DNA from: Callorhinchus milii
Taxonomy: Eukaryota
NCBI RefSeq assembly: GCF_018977255.1
Contig: NW_024704742.1
Coordinates: forward strand, 91,700,001-91,764,000
Direction: 5' to 3'
Length of the DNA: 64,000 bases
Shown: in pieces, positions 1 through 12,639 of the stretch
How positions within the stretch are numbered: position 1 is the first letter of the stretch
How the letters are laid out: each line of letters begins with the position of its first letter
Translations under genes and position numbers: made by a program
Notes under the pieces: generated by a model
The model's database searches: none
Seen by the model: only the letters and a program-made list of their open reading frames with translations
What the model was told of the DNA's origin: nothing

Positions 1-76
1 ATTCTGTGAAACGTTTTAAGACGTCTCGAAGATGTGATAAGGTGCTATTTCAAATGCAAGGATTATTATACCTTGA

Positions 77-230
77 TACTCCAGTGCAATGCTGGCTGAG
101 CGCTGCATTATCAAAGGTGCAATCCTTCAGATGAGATGTTAAACCAAGCTACCATCTGTCTGTTCAATTGGACGTTAAAGATCCCATGGTAGTATTCATT
201 GAAAGAAGGGTTTTCCTTTTGCTGACCTGG
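77..230 (+). mobile_element. Deu-type SINE fragment (SacSINE1/AmnSINE1-like core)
   Basis: Contains GATGAGATGTTAAACC...GGACGTTAAAGATCCCATGG, the core motif repeated many times in the window. Confidence 0.75.
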
Positions 231-687
231 TTACTCATAAGATTGATGTGGGCACTTCCAGCTTCCAGAGTGGATTGTGATAAAAAGAAATAGCCACCTT
301 CTAGATGGCAGGTTGTTGCTGATATGCTCCGTATATACACTCTGATGTAGGCTATGTACAGGAAGTGCCGCTGACATCAATTCGCAAAGGAAATGACAAC
401 AGCTATGCTTCCTGCACAAACACTCAACGGGTAAGAAAGCGATATCAGTGGTGATCTGATGACCTGGAAGGTATCTATTTTTTCACCCTTAGTTTTAAGG
501 TGGGAGTATGGCATTATAGACTCAGATTCACTGCATTATAACAGAGTCACCCTGTATTTGGGAACAAAGAGTACTTAGGATATGGAGATAAAGTAGGGAA
601 GTGGTATTAAAAGATCTGTTATATCATAAACTCGTGGGGCAGACTCACTGGGCTGAATGGCCACATCCTGCCCCTATGTCATCAGAT

Positions 688-1001
688 GATAATAATAATC
701 CTTGCATTTGATATAGCGCTTTACACGTCTTCTAGACGTCACAAAGTGCTTCACAGAATATGCTATAAAGTGAATTGACCGTATATTTGTGGGTGAAACG
801 CGGCAGTCAATTGCACACAGCAGTGTCCCACAAACCGTTGTAGATTGAGTGACCAAATTATTGTTTTTTTTATTTTTTTGGAGGGATTATTATTAGGCGT
901 GTGGAGTAAGGAAACTTGCCCAAGGTTTTGCCCTGCCTGGAATTGAACCCAGGTGTCTTGCTTGCAAGGCGAGTGCTCTAACCACTGAGCTACAGGACTC
1001 C
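688..1001 (-). mobile_element. tRNA-Ala-derived SINE, short form, full length
   Basis: Head GGAGTCCTGTAGCTCAGTGGTTAGAGC (A box), TGC anticodon-like loop, GGTTCAATTCC (B box), L2-like stem-loop with TAGAA loop, (TTA)n tail. Confidence 0.92.
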
Positions 1002-1672
1002 AATCCATTGCGTATTTCATTGTAATCTATTCCATTGCCCTTTGTCCCTTCACCTCCAATAGGTAGGTGTCACTGGGATCAGTGGCAGGGTACAAATAGG
1101 CTAAAATATAACGTTGTGTAAGCCTCGTGTTATAAAGAGTTGAATACAGCTTGACATTGATCAGCTCAAAGTCCTCTCCTTCACAGCAATGCTTAGCAAT
1201 GAATACAGAGGTTGGTGATAATTCTGTGAATGGATTTTTCAGACAAAGTCCAAAGTTCAGCATTTCAAGCTGGAGCAATTCTTGATGGCATTGCGTGCAC
1301 AAATTTATGAGTGCACAGGCTATACCTGCCAGATAAGAGCATGAAGATAATTTAAAGCATTGTGTTATCTCTCTATTTGTGCCTCAGCAAACTCTCCATT
1401 TCAACAACAACATCAATACATAACCACAGTGACAGTTTATACTTAGATAGCCTTTCACATTGGTTGGATGTTTCAAAGTGCTTTACCTTACTCACTGGGA
1501 ACCTGAGATCAGATGAACCAAAGTGCTTTCTTCATCCAGATGAATCTTGTGATCTTGTGAAGTTATGTTTCATGTGTTAAAGCGATAGTGACCTAGCGAG
1601 ATGTCAATCTTCAGGCCTGTCATTGATAATAATAAATAATAATCCTTTCAATCGGTATAGTGTGTTATCATA

Positions 1673-2039
1673 GGAGTCCTGTAGCATAGTGGTTAGAGCA
1701 CTTGCCTCACAATCGAGAGACCTGGGTTTGATTCGCAGCAGGGTGAAACCTAGGGCAAGTTTCCTTCCTCTACACACCTGATAATAATCCCTCAAGAAAA
1801 AAACAATAATAATTTGATCACTCAATCCACGACTGTTTGTGGGACACTGCTGTGCGCAATTGGCTGCCGCGTGGGACGTCCTCCTGACGTGAAAGGCGCT
1901 TTATAAATGGAATCTTGTTGTTGTTGTTGTTTCACCCATAAAATAAACAGTCAATTCACTTTACAGTATATTCTGTGAAACGCTTTGAGACATCTAGAAG
2001 ACGTGAAAAGTGCTATATCAAATTCAAGGATTATTATTA
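1673..2039 (+). mobile_element. tRNA-Ala SINE, short form, nested in an older minus-strand SINE and interrupted by an L2 tail
   Basis: Same head, body and tail; TSD TTATCAT at 1665-1671 and 2040-2046. Confidence 0.9.
1873..1930 (+). mobile_element. 58 bp tail-only insertion of the young L2
   Basis: GGGACGTCCTCCTGACGTGAAAGGCGCTTTATAAATGGAATC(TTG)n matches the 3' end of the L2 at 5763-6819. Confidence 0.85.
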
Positions 2040-2319
2040 TTATCATGTTGTGAGATGTCTCAAAATACTTTGAGGGATTTTGCTGTGAAATGTAATGACT
2101 GTATCTGTAGATGAACGCGGCAGCCAATTTGCACACAGCAATGACCCACAAACAGCCAAGAAGTAAATGACCCATTTTATTTGGGGGAATTGGTGGCCAT
2201 GACACCAGGAGAAACAAGGATGGAGAAATTAGGAGTGAGATTCACCATCAACACAAATGAAGCAGATCACAAATGCAGTTAAAAAAACAGAAAGCTGTGT
2301 TTTTTTTCCAGATAGGCTA

Positions 2320-2635
2320 AATCAAAATTGAATGGTTGCCATTTTCATTGAGTGAGACTTGGCAGCTCAGACCATCCGTTTTCAGCTCAATGATAGGCAA
2401 GAGAGAGCAAAAGTGTTTAGTCAGTGTGACTCACTGTGTTCTCAATCCATGCAGTCAGCACACTGTTCAATCAGAGCACTTAGTAAACCTATTGGGAAGG
2501 ATGTTTCTGTTCATGACACTGGAAACACAATGCTTTGTCACACTGACTGATCATTGATACTCTAAGCCAGTGTAATAAATAGAGTGAGCTCTTGCCATTT
2601 TAAGCAGATTGATTCCGACAAGTTCAATTTGTACC
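2320..2635. repeat. Degenerate long palindrome (old MITE-like)
   Basis: AGTCAGTGTGAC (2419-2430) is inverted to GTCACACTGACT (2537-2548), with imperfect pairing extending both ways. Confidence 0.5.
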
Positions 2636-3320
2636 ATTCTGGTGAGTTGGAATATGCAAAACATTTGCATAAAGTGTTGTGACTGTGTATATTATAAATG
2701 AATACAGCATCCAATTTGTTCAGAGCAGTATCCCCAAAACATATATGTTAATCAATCATTTTGTGGCAATTATATGAACAATAGTTTTCTTTGAGTCATT
2801 TTTCTCACCGTCTTTCCTCTCCTGAAAATATGACTTATTTTTCCAATTGCTAGGCTTTGGGTACATGGACACCAGGTAACATACATTCATGTTTAAGTTT
2901 TGCCATGGAACGTTAGTTAGGGGACTATGTGACTGGGAGCTGGGGAAGGAGGGGAAGGGAGCATCATAACTGAGTCCAATTCTGTTCTTACCCATTGTCC
3001 CGACATGTGATTCCATGGGGCAAGGGTCACTGGGTAACAATCAGAGGTCTGAAATCCCACATGACTTTCATATTAAGATCAACAGCGATATTTGATGAAA
3101 GATTAGATTAATGTTTACTCTCTATAGTCTAGTCTCAGATAGTTTAGGCTGACTCTCCAATGCAGTGCAGGGATGGACTGCATTGTTGGAAGTTCCATCC
3201 TCTGGCTGAGATGTTAAATCAAGGTCCCCATCCATCTGTGGATAACAATACTTTTGGAGAATGGAGAAAAGGCAGAGAAATAGAATTGAATAAAGTTAGA
3301 GTTACCATAGAATTCATGTT

Positions 3321-3525
3321 ATAATAATAATAATCCTTGCATTTGATATAACCCTTTTCACGTCTTCTAGACGTCTCAAAGCGCTTCACAGAATATGGTG
3401 TAAAGTGAATTGATTGTATACTTGTGGGTGAAATGCGGGATGTAAATTGCGCACAGCAGTGTCCCACAAACAGTTGTGGATTGAAAATGACCAATTTATT
3501 ATTGTTTTATTTTGGAGGGATTATT
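3321..3525 (-). mobile_element. tRNA-Ala SINE 3' half
   Basis: Body and tail match the family, TAGAA loop. Confidence 0.88.
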
Positions 3526-3705
3526 TTTGTTGAGCCGAATGATTAATTCTTCTTCCTAAGTTGACTTTAGTTGTTGAAGGCCATCCTGAATTTGACACCC
3601 ATTTGATGCTGTGGCTTTATAATGAGAGAACGAGGGCCACTTGGAGTTGTGTGGGGAGAAATTCCACCTGGGTTTAGATTTACTCCATTCATGGGTTATT
3701 TTAGA

Positions 3706-3816
3706 GGGAATTTGGCAAATTCTCAAATACAGCCTTCATTTTGAAGCTGGTTTTCTTTGAAGAATCACAAAAAACCACTTTCAAACTCATGAAAGAATTC
3801 AACAATTTCCCAATTT
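3706..3816. repeat. Palindromic dispersed repeat (family also at 21914 and 41896)
   Basis: AAATACAGCCTT(C/A)ATTTTGAAGCTGG shared with 21932-21959; imperfect self-complementarity. Confidence 0.55.
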
Positions 3817-4457
3817 ACTGGATACTCTAAAATGTTACATCAATACAGTAAATACATCAATAGGGTCCGACTCCGCCACTGTCAAGCATTCCGGGATGCT
3901 ACCCCGTGTGAAGGGTGCTAAATAAATGCAAGTTGTTGTGGCTGCTATAAATCTGGACCCTGGTGGAATTTTTCCAATGTGCATTTCAACAGTGCCTCTG
4001 GAGGCTGAGCTGTGCTAACTGGATCGGAAACCGTGTAAAGCACCACTGCTTTTGTGAAACGTGTGCAACAAGCTTTCTGTAGTTTCTTTATTGGGCACAA
4101 CAACATAATCCTGGACTCTGACAGGTCCAGGGAAGTGATTTCCCCAGTTTGGTTGGTTTTGTAACTTTTCAGCATACGTGGGATCTCATTTGTGGTATGG
4201 GATTTCTGAATAAGAAATCTAAGATGCTCCAATAGGGACTAATATCTATCGACTATTCACGTCAACCAGCCCACGAGAATACAGTCCAACTCAATCTACT
4301 TCTGGAGTGGAGTTCCCGTAGGTGGACAGGAATTTTGATTCCTATTCAAGAATCCTGTTTAAGAGAACACAAATTCAGACTCGTCATGATACCGAAACAA
4401 AATATTTCAGTATTAAAACTACAGAATTGGTAGGAACTGCTTTACTACTGTAATGTT

Positions 4458-4730
4458 AATAATAATGATAATCCTTGCATTTCATATAGCACCTTATCAC
4501 GTTGTTGAGAAGTCTCAAAGCGCTTCACAGAATATATTGTAAAATGGATGTATATATTTTGTGGGCGAAATGTGGAAGCCAATTGCACACAATAATATCC
4601 CACATACAGTCATGGAATGAGTGACCAAACTGTTTTTATTTAGAAACATTTTTTTGTGAGGTATCATTAGCCCCAGAAGTAATCCGCCAATCGACTAACA
4701 ACCAGGTTTCTACTTATGCTACGAGACTCC
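4458..4730 (-). mobile_element. tRNA-Ala SINE, long form, head partly deleted
   Basis: Tail, body and the internal GTTGTTAGTCGATTGGCGGATT segment. Confidence 0.8.
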
Positions 4731-4974
4731 ACAGGCCTTGTTTTAAGATATCAAGCCTGATTTACTAAAGTGAGCACTCATAATTTTTAATTTTTTAAAA
4801 AAAATGAAAACACTAATCTTAGATCTGATCTCCGGTTTATGCAGCAAAAACTGATTCCAGCCAGTTTGGTTGTAGGGACACGGCAACTGGCTACAGTTCT
4901 GGGCTAGGAAGGAGATCAAAATCAGCTCTGGGTACTGTCCTGTGTCCTTTGCAAGAATGTGCATCTGAGTGGAT

Positions 4975-5685
4975 AATAATAATAATAGTAAATAATCCTT
5001 GCATTTCATATTACTCTTTCACATAAGGAAGATGTCTCAAAGCATTTTACAGGATTTACCTTGAAGTATAGTGACTGTATGATTTGTAGGTGAATGCTGT
5101 AGCCAACTTGCACACTTTTTTAGTACAACAGATTTTTCCTTTTTCCCGATACAAAAAAATTCTGTTGTTTAAGGTACATTCCTTCACCGGAAATAGGTTA
5201 CGCACATGTTTTTTGGGATGCTCCTTTTAACACAGTCAGGAGTCGCTCCTGTGTACACCACATCCATGTGTGTGCCTGCACACACCCTGTTGGAAGGTGC
5301 CCCGATGTGCATCGTACCACACATACCATACATATATTTTCGTGTCTCTCTTTGGTTACATCTCGAGCGTCCTTTTGTACCCCTATGTTTATTTTGGTCA
5401 GTTTTGGGTGCACTCGTGGGCTACCCAGTGGGTGGGCCTTGTGCGGTTTGTGCCGCAGTAGCTGACAACTTGCACACAGCAATATCCTACACAGCTATGA
5501 AGTGAATGACCAATTTTAATTGGGGGAATTGTTAGCCAGTTCACTGGGAGAAACTCTCTTCTCTTTTCAAATAGTGCCCTAGGTTCTTTTACGTTAACTA
5601 GGACAGGGACCTTGGTATAACGTCTTATTGGTAGGACAACATGTCTGACAAAGCAGTGACCCCCAGCATTGGATTGGAATCTAGG
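4975..5685 (-). mobile_element. Deu-type SINE split by a 350 bp insertion
   Basis: Tail at 4975-5115; body resumes at 5466. Confidence 0.75.
5116..5465 (-). mobile_element. Unclassified 350 bp retroposed insert
   Basis: Perfect 12 bp TSD CAACTTGCACAC (5104-5115, 5466-5477); short A6 end on the minus strand. Confidence 0.75.
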
Positions 5686-5762
5686 TGTGGACAGAAATAG
5701 ATTTGGGGCTTAATTGTCAGATTGCTTCTGCTCCTTTCCCCACCCCAAATCATTTGAATAAC

Positions 5763-6819
5763 AACAACAACAACAAGATTCCATTTATAGAGCGCCTTTC
5801 ACGTCGGGAGGACGTCCCAAGGCGCTATACAGTTGGGTCAGGACCCGAGCAAGGGGGAAATGGTCAGGGTGAGGAGAGGGAAGGGAGGGAGCGAGGAGGG
5901 GGTAGAGAGTCGAGAGGGGAGCTGAAGGCACGGTCAAAGAGAAAGGTCTTGAGACCGGCCTTGAAGGAGGAAAGGGAGGAGGCGGCGAAGGCACTGGGGG
6001 ATAGAGTTCCAGAGCCTAGGGGCTGAGAGGCTGAAGGCCCGGCCACCGATGGTAGGGCGGTTGGGGCGGGGGATGTGGAGCAGACCGGAGCCAGAGGAAC
6101 GGAGGGTACGGGCAGGTAGGTAGGGGGATAGTAGGTCGGAGAGGTAGGAGGGAGCAAGGCCGTGAATGGCCTTGTAGGTGAGGGTGAGGATCTTGAATTC
6201 GATCCTCTGGGGGATGGGGAGCCAGTGGAGGCGAGCGAGGGTGGGAGTGATGTGGTCCCGAAGCCTGGTGCGGGACAGTACACGAGCTGCAGAGTTCTGA
6301 ATGACCTGCAGCTTGTGGAGGGAGGTGGCGGGAAGGCCGGCGAGGAGAGAGTTCCCATAGTCCAGCCTTGAGGTGATAAAGGCGTGGACCAGGGTTTCAG
6401 CAGCGTGAGGGGTGAGGTAGTGCCGTAGTCTGGCGACATTCCGGAGGTGATGGAAGGCGGTGCCAGTTGTGGCGCGGATATGAGGGAGAAAGGACAGCTC
6501 AGGGTCGAACAGAACCCCGAGGTTCCTGACCGGCTTTGAGAGGTGGAGAGTGCAGCCTTGGATGCTGATGTTGTCAGCGCCTGAGGTGCGGAGGCGCTGA
6601 CGTGAACCAATCAGGAGGGCCTCAGTTTTGCGCACGTTGACCTCAGAAAGTTGTCTCTCGGCCAGGACTCGATGTCGGACAGGCAGCTGTCAGGACATCG
6701 GTGGTCGTGGAGTTGAGGGTAGAGGAGGAAAGGTAGAGTTGGGTGTCATCCGCATACATGTGGAAGTTAACCCCATGTCTGCAGATGATGTCACCAAGGG
6801 GGAGCATATAGAGGGTGAA
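5763..6819 (-). mobile_element. Young 5'-truncated L2-clade LINE (RT C-terminal part + 3' UTR)
   Basis: [36 protein letters not shown] motifs with frameshifts; stem-loop and (TTG)n tail; TSD GAATAAC at 5756-5762 and 6820-6826. Confidence 0.95.
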
Positions 6820-8658
6820 GAATAACCTACCAACAGTCCCTCTGCAGCCGTGCACTTATAATTAGGCCCTTGGATGAGGCTCAAGAAGGGGGCCAGTGAC
6901 ATTGGGATTACACCCCATTATCAGCTGCAGAAGATTAGAGAAAAAGTTGGTGGGTGCGAGTAGCAAAGAGATGTTGAGCCTCCCATCTATGCATTGATTG
7001 TCCAGCATTACTTGCTGAGGCTGAGGGTTTAAATACCCTGGTGGTGTAACAGCATATGTATGCAGCACACATTCCTGCCTTAGACATGCTGGCTCTTACG
7101 CCAGTTCAGATATTTACTCTGACACGAGGAGTTGGGGAGAAATTAAGAATTTGGCAACTCAACCAGTTTATTCAGCAAAACAAAGGTTTGCAAAAGGCTG
7201 GGATTGATTTTCTGTAAGACCTCAGCAGACTGGTGTAATACCCTCTCTGGAATTTGTCTTGAATGTAAATCACATCATGCTCTTCATTTCCTCTGTGGTA
7301 TTCTCAGAGGTGGTTAATAACACTGGTCTGCAATCAATGTCCACAATCCAAAATACATGATCAAACTCATTTGTAAGTGGAACTCTATCCAAGTCCTACA
7401 ACAAGCCCTCCATTTCTGCTAAATAAATCTGCCCCATCAAATCATATCAATCTGCATCATACTATGACATTAATACCAGCAAACGTTTCCTATTGTGAGG
7501 GAGAACATTACAATAGCATGTCAAATTGTCTGAGTTTTACAGTAATTGCTATCAAGTGTAGTAACTGTTTTGCAAGGAAAAGCAGGAACCATATAACACA
7601 CAGCAAAGACCCACAAATGGCTGTGAAATCAATCACTGATTTCTCTGGAAACATTCCTAACTCATCAAATTTGTTTCATGTAATCTTTAACATCCACCTA
7701 AACAGAAGGATGGGTCTTTAGTTTACCAAAGGGTGGCACCTCTAACAATGCAATAATCCCCCGACACTGCACTGGATTGTCTGTGAGCTCTCCGTACACC
7801 AGCTGATTTTGCCCATTATAATATTAATAATAATAATAGTCTTTGGATTTGAGAAAGCATCTTTAACATCAGGAGGGCATCTCAAAGTGCTTCACAGGGC
7901 TTGCTGCAAAGTAAAGTGACTGTTTATTTTGTAGGTGAAAAGTGGCAGCCAATTTGCACACAGTAATGACCTACAAAGGACCATGAAATGAGTGACTAAT
8001 TTAATCTGGGAGATTGTTTACTAGGACATTGTTTACTAAAGCTCACAAGAAGTTATTCTGCATGAAGGGCACTATATAAATTCAACTTTTGTTCTAATGT
8101 AAAACCAAAAGGAGGGCATATACATTCAAATACAGCATTAATGATCATTCATTTTTTGGAATGTTATTATTTGGAATAATTATCTTCCTAAATCAAACTG
8201 GAAAATGGTGATAAGATACCCTCTGAGCAGGGATCAGTGCAGAATGAATTGGAATTTATTCCCATCCCCACAGTTTGTGCTCTTCAATTCATCTTATGAC
8301 CAAGTGGAGCCACATGACCGGAGGGGTATGCATGAGTCATTTACTGGATGATGTACACGTGACATCAGTCCTGCTGATCACACAGGAATGTAGATTGCTC
8401 TTTATTACATTATGCGGGAGAGATGGGGGATCCAAAACACAAAGCATAGCAACATAACCTTTCCCAGCCCAACCTTTCCCAGGCTGCTAGTCCGCAAGGA
8501 GTTACCATGAATATCAAGTAGCACTGCATTCCTTGAAGGGAGATTTTGAGACCAAAATCTAGGCAGTATAAGTATTATGGTAACATTACATATATAACCT
8601 GAAGAGGAGACAGCATATTCTAATAATAATAATATAATAATAATCCCTGCATTTGATA

Positions 8659-9010
8659 TAGTGGTTAGAGACCTCGCCTCACAAGCAAGAGATTGGATTC
8701 AGTTTCCAGCAGGGTGAAATGTTGGGCAAGTTTCCTTACTCCACACGCCTCTGTTTAGCTAGCAGGAGTAGGAACCCGGTTGTTAGTCGACTGGCGGATT
8801 GCTTTGCTGGGGATAATAATCCCTCAAAGAAAACAATAATTTGGTCACTCAATCCATGACGTTTGTGGGACACTGTGTGCGCAATTGGCTGCTGCGTTTC
8901 TCTCACAAATATACAGTCAATTCACTTTACAGTATATTCTGTGAAGCGGTTTGAGACGTCTAGAAGACGTGAAAAGCGCTCTATCAAATGCAAGGATTAT
9001 TATTATTATT
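8659..9010 (+). mobile_element. tRNA-Ala SINE, long form, inserted in the tail of a minus-strand copy
   Basis: Head to (TTA)n; host tail at 8622-8663 and host body at 9011-9258. Confidence 0.88.
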
Positions 9011-9258
9011 ACATCGTTGAGCCATCTCAAAGCGCTTCACAGAATATACTGCAAAGTGAAGTGACTGCATATTTTGTGGGCGAAACATGGTAGCTATTTG
9101 CACACAGCAGTGTTCCGCATAGAGTCGTGGATTGAGTAATTAAATTATTATTATTTTTTGAAGGGATTATTATCCCCGGAAGGCAATCTGCCAATCGACT
9201 AACAACCAGATCGTCTCACTTGCGAGGTGAGTGCTCTAACCAATATGCTACAGGACTT
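9011..9258 (-). mobile_element. tRNA-Ala SINE, long form (host of the nested copy)
   Basis: Body plus head GTCCTGTAGCATATTGGTTAGAGCACTC on the minus strand. Confidence 0.82.
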
Positions 9259-9519
9259 CACATATTAATCATCCCCAAAATACAGTTCAGGGCCTTCTTT
9301 CTTACTCTTGTGATATAGCATCTGAGGTTCTACATCTGAGAATTTTCTTCTCCACCACCTGACAATGGTAGCAGGTAACTACCATTGTCAGGGGCAGAAA
9401 CAACCAATGCCAAAACTGTATTCGTCAAATATGAAGTGGGATAGAAACAGGAGGCTTAGGTCAATTTGGATTTCAATGACTTAAGAGAATCATCACAAAA
9501 GAGTTTTGGAAAACAGAAG

Positions 9520-9885
9520 ATCCTTCAGCCCATTTGATCTCTTCCTTCTAAAGTATCCACCCTACTTCCTTCCAATTGCAGCCCCAAGCTGTTTCTCAAA
9601 TTCATGGGCTGTGCTTTTGCAACACTCCCTCCTTCCATCACAATGACTGAGCCTTCAGTCACTGTACCTCCACTTGGTGAAAATCTCTCCCCAAATTCTT
9701 TCATCTTGAGCTTTCTATCCCCATCTTTAAAACCCTCTGGAAAACATATCACTTGGACCATGTCGTTGGTCAACATCCTCAGACACCCTCTCTTCTCTCC
9801 CAGATTGGTGACCCCCATCATGTTTGTGAAGTGCTTTGAGAAGTTAATTCTATGTGAAGGGTGCTAGATAAATGCAAGCTGCTGT
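9520..9885 (+). mobile_element. Old L2 3' remnant
   Basis: Pyrimidine-rich 3' region ending GTGAAGTGCTTTGAG...ATAAATGCAAGCTGCTG. Confidence 0.55.
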
Positions 9886-10260
9886 AATGTACCCGATTCT
9901 TCATTTGCAATAGGTGTTCTGATTCAAAGAACTGTTTATACCATTTACATACTCTTATCTGCAGATCTCTCAATAGTCCCGTTAACTGGTTAAAACCTGA
10001 ACGGTTATTTCTGAGTTGATTTGTTGCATTTTTGTCCCAGTTGGCGTCAGTCTCATCTGAATCATTTCTATTCTCAGTCATAAACCAGGCAATCCATCTA
10101 TAGAAGGTGCTACAGCTAAGCCTGATCTCTCTCCACTGCACCCCGCACCACTCCCCCCACCATGACAGTCACACACACACACGCACAACCTGTAGAGGGT
10201 GCTGAAGAGGATCGAGAAGCAGGAATCTCCCCATAGCTGAAACCAGCAAACTCAGAACAG

Positions 10261-10564
10261 ATAATAATAATAATAATAATCCTTGCATTTGATTTAGCGC
10301 TTTTCACGTCGGGAGGACGTCCCAAAGCGCTTCACAGAATATACTGTAAAGTGAATTGACTGTATATTTGTGGGCGCACAGCAGCGTCCCCACAAACAGT
10401 CATGGATTGAAAATGAACAATTTTATTATTGTTTTGTTTTTTGGCGGGATTATTATTAGGCGTGTGGAGTAAGGAAACTTGCCCAAGGTTTCGCCCTGCC
10501 TAGAATTGAACTCAGGTCTTTTGCTTGCAAAGTGAGTGCTCTAACCACTGAGCTACAGGACTCC
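10261..10564 (-). mobile_element. tRNA-Ala SINE, short form, CTCCC-loop subfamily
   Basis: Full head; tail GGGACGTCCTCCCGACGTGAAA. Confidence 0.92.
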
Positions 10565-11163
10565 ACAAATATAATCCTTGCATATGATATGGCGCCTTAT
10601 CATGTCTTGGAGACGTCACAAAGTACTTAACATATCCCATTAGTTAAACCTGGTGTGCAAGCGACAAAATTTATCCACTATATCATCAAGGCTGATAAAG
10701 ATGATTCTGTAATGTTCTTTTAATTGTGCAGCTACTCATTGCCAGCAAATAGTCAAGTTACCTTCATTGTGATGATTTGAGATAACATTGGTGCAAAAGC
10801 AGGTTGTATGGCATTTATACTTATTAGACATCAAAAGGAAGCAGCGTGCTGATTATGTTCAAAGTTACTAGTTTTCTTTCTTGTACTGCTGTTATGGGAG
10901 GGCAGACGTGTTAAAGTGTCATTGCTTTAATTAAGAGGCGCGGTTTCCTCCCTAATTGAGAGCTATAAGATCACTTACCGTTTCAGGTCATATTTCTGCC
11001 TTTTTCACAAGCGAGCGGAATTGCTGGTGTTAGATATTCCAAGCAAATCAGCCAGATTCTTCTGAGCAGAAGAGCCTTTTCTTCTTCAAAGTCAAGTAAT
11101 TCCCTTGTGTCATGTGTGAAATATAGTTTTTGGTTACAAATATTCATTATTCCTCTTCTTGGT

Positions 11164-11537
11164 GGAGTCCTGTACTGTAATGGTTAGTGCACTCGCCTCG
11201 CAAGTGAGAGGCCCCATGTTTGATTCCTGGGCGGGGCAAAACCTTAGCAAGTTTCCTTACTCCACATGCTCAGTTACCTAGCCAGTAAGTCAGAACCCGA
11301 TTGTTAATCGATTGGCGAATTGCTTTCTGGGGGTAATAATCCCTCCAAAAAAAGAAAAAAAAGTGGCCACTCAATCCATGGCTGTTTGTGGAAATCTGCT
11401 ATGCACAATAGGCTGTTGCGTTTCGCCCACAAAATACACAGTCAATCAACTTTACAATATATTCTGTGAAGCAGTTTCAGACATCTCAATGACGTGATAA
11501 AGCATCACATCAAATGCAAGGATTATACTATTATTAT
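11164..11537 (+). mobile_element. tRNA-Ala SINE, long form
   Basis: Head, internal segment and tail. Confidence 0.88.
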
Positions 11538-11668
11538 CCTTTTAGCAAGATTTCTCCGCTTTAGTCTCTTTCACTTATCGGCTATCCATTTATTTTCACG
11601 AACTTTACAACAGTCATTTAACAAAAAACTTTGTGAAGAGCTTTGAGTTGCTTTGAATTGATGCTATA

Positions 11669-11719
11669 ATGTCCTCCCGACGTGAAAGGCGCTATACAAA
11701 TGTAATCTTGCTGTTGTTG
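11669..11719 (+). mobile_element. L2 tail-only insertion within an older SINE tail
   Basis: GTCCTCCCGACGTGAAAGGCGCTATACAAATGTAATCTTGCTGTTGTTG flanked by TATA. Confidence 0.7.
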
Positions 11720-12361
11720 TATATCAAATGCAAGGATTGTTTCATCTATGTATCTCAGTTCTGACTTCTGTGAAGTTGGATTGAATCTAACGGAGGTTCT
11801 TGAGGGTTGCATTTCTGATCAGCATCCGTATAGAGACTTCGGCTGCATTGGATTATAATGGGGAAATCCCATCAGAGGCCAACATTGTCACTGCCGTAGC
11901 ATGGAATGCTGGCTGGAATTTTAGCCCTCTGAAACCCGTCTGGAGATCAACAACACCACTGGACTGGAAATGTCAGGCTGGACTCATCAGAGTATATGCA
12001 GCATTCATAAGATACAAACCTTTGTGTCAATCTCACAAATTAGATCCTTTTTGTTGAAATGGGGCACAGTGTTCTCCGAAACATTAGGGGATAAGGGGTG
12101 GTGGAAGCTGAGGCTCACTACAGATTGGGAACAGGAATCTTACTTTCAACACTGTGGGTGGTGTGTGTTTATGTCAGAAATCACCCACCAAACCAGTTGC
12201 AAGATTTGGTGGAAAGCATTTTTACAAGATTTTGCTGTATTTTCTGGCCTGCATTTATGTTTACTCAGCAAACAGACTGTTATTACTGTGTGTCTGAACT
12301 AGCAATTCTAAAATAAAGTCACTGAGTTCTTAAATGGGTAAAATCTTTGTCAAATGAAAAT

Positions 12362-12540
12362 CTGACTCAGTTGGTAGTATTCTTTCTCTGAGTCAAACGT
12401 ATGTGGGTTCAAGTCTCATGTCAGGACTTTAAACACATAGTCCTTTGATGAGACGGTAAACCAAGGTCCTGTCCGCCTGTTCAGGTGGACATTAAAGATC
12501 ACACTATTCTTTTGGTGTCCTGGCCAACAAATCCTCAAAG
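12362..12540 (+). mobile_element. Deu-type SINE 5' part with tRNA-like head
   Basis: CTCAGTTGGTAG...GGGTTCAAG head, then GATGAGACGGTAAACC core. Confidence 0.7.
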
Positions 12541-12639
12541 TAAGGATAAAAAATCAGAAGGACCCCTAGTCGTAACGAGAGTATGTAATTCGTCATTTTA
12601 ACAAGGACAGCCTGAGTACTGTGTGGTACTTCACTTTGC

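Noticed and set aside
9953..10097. Minus-strand candidate exon (WIAWFMTENRND...LLRDLQIR) with AG and GTATGT ends
   Set aside because: The acceptor appears to lie in a decayed dispersed repeat (similar to 45170-45220) and the peptide is unrecognised
12568..12583. AGTCGTAAC resembling the SSU rRNA 3' motif
   Set aside because: Only 9 nt match with no flanking similarity
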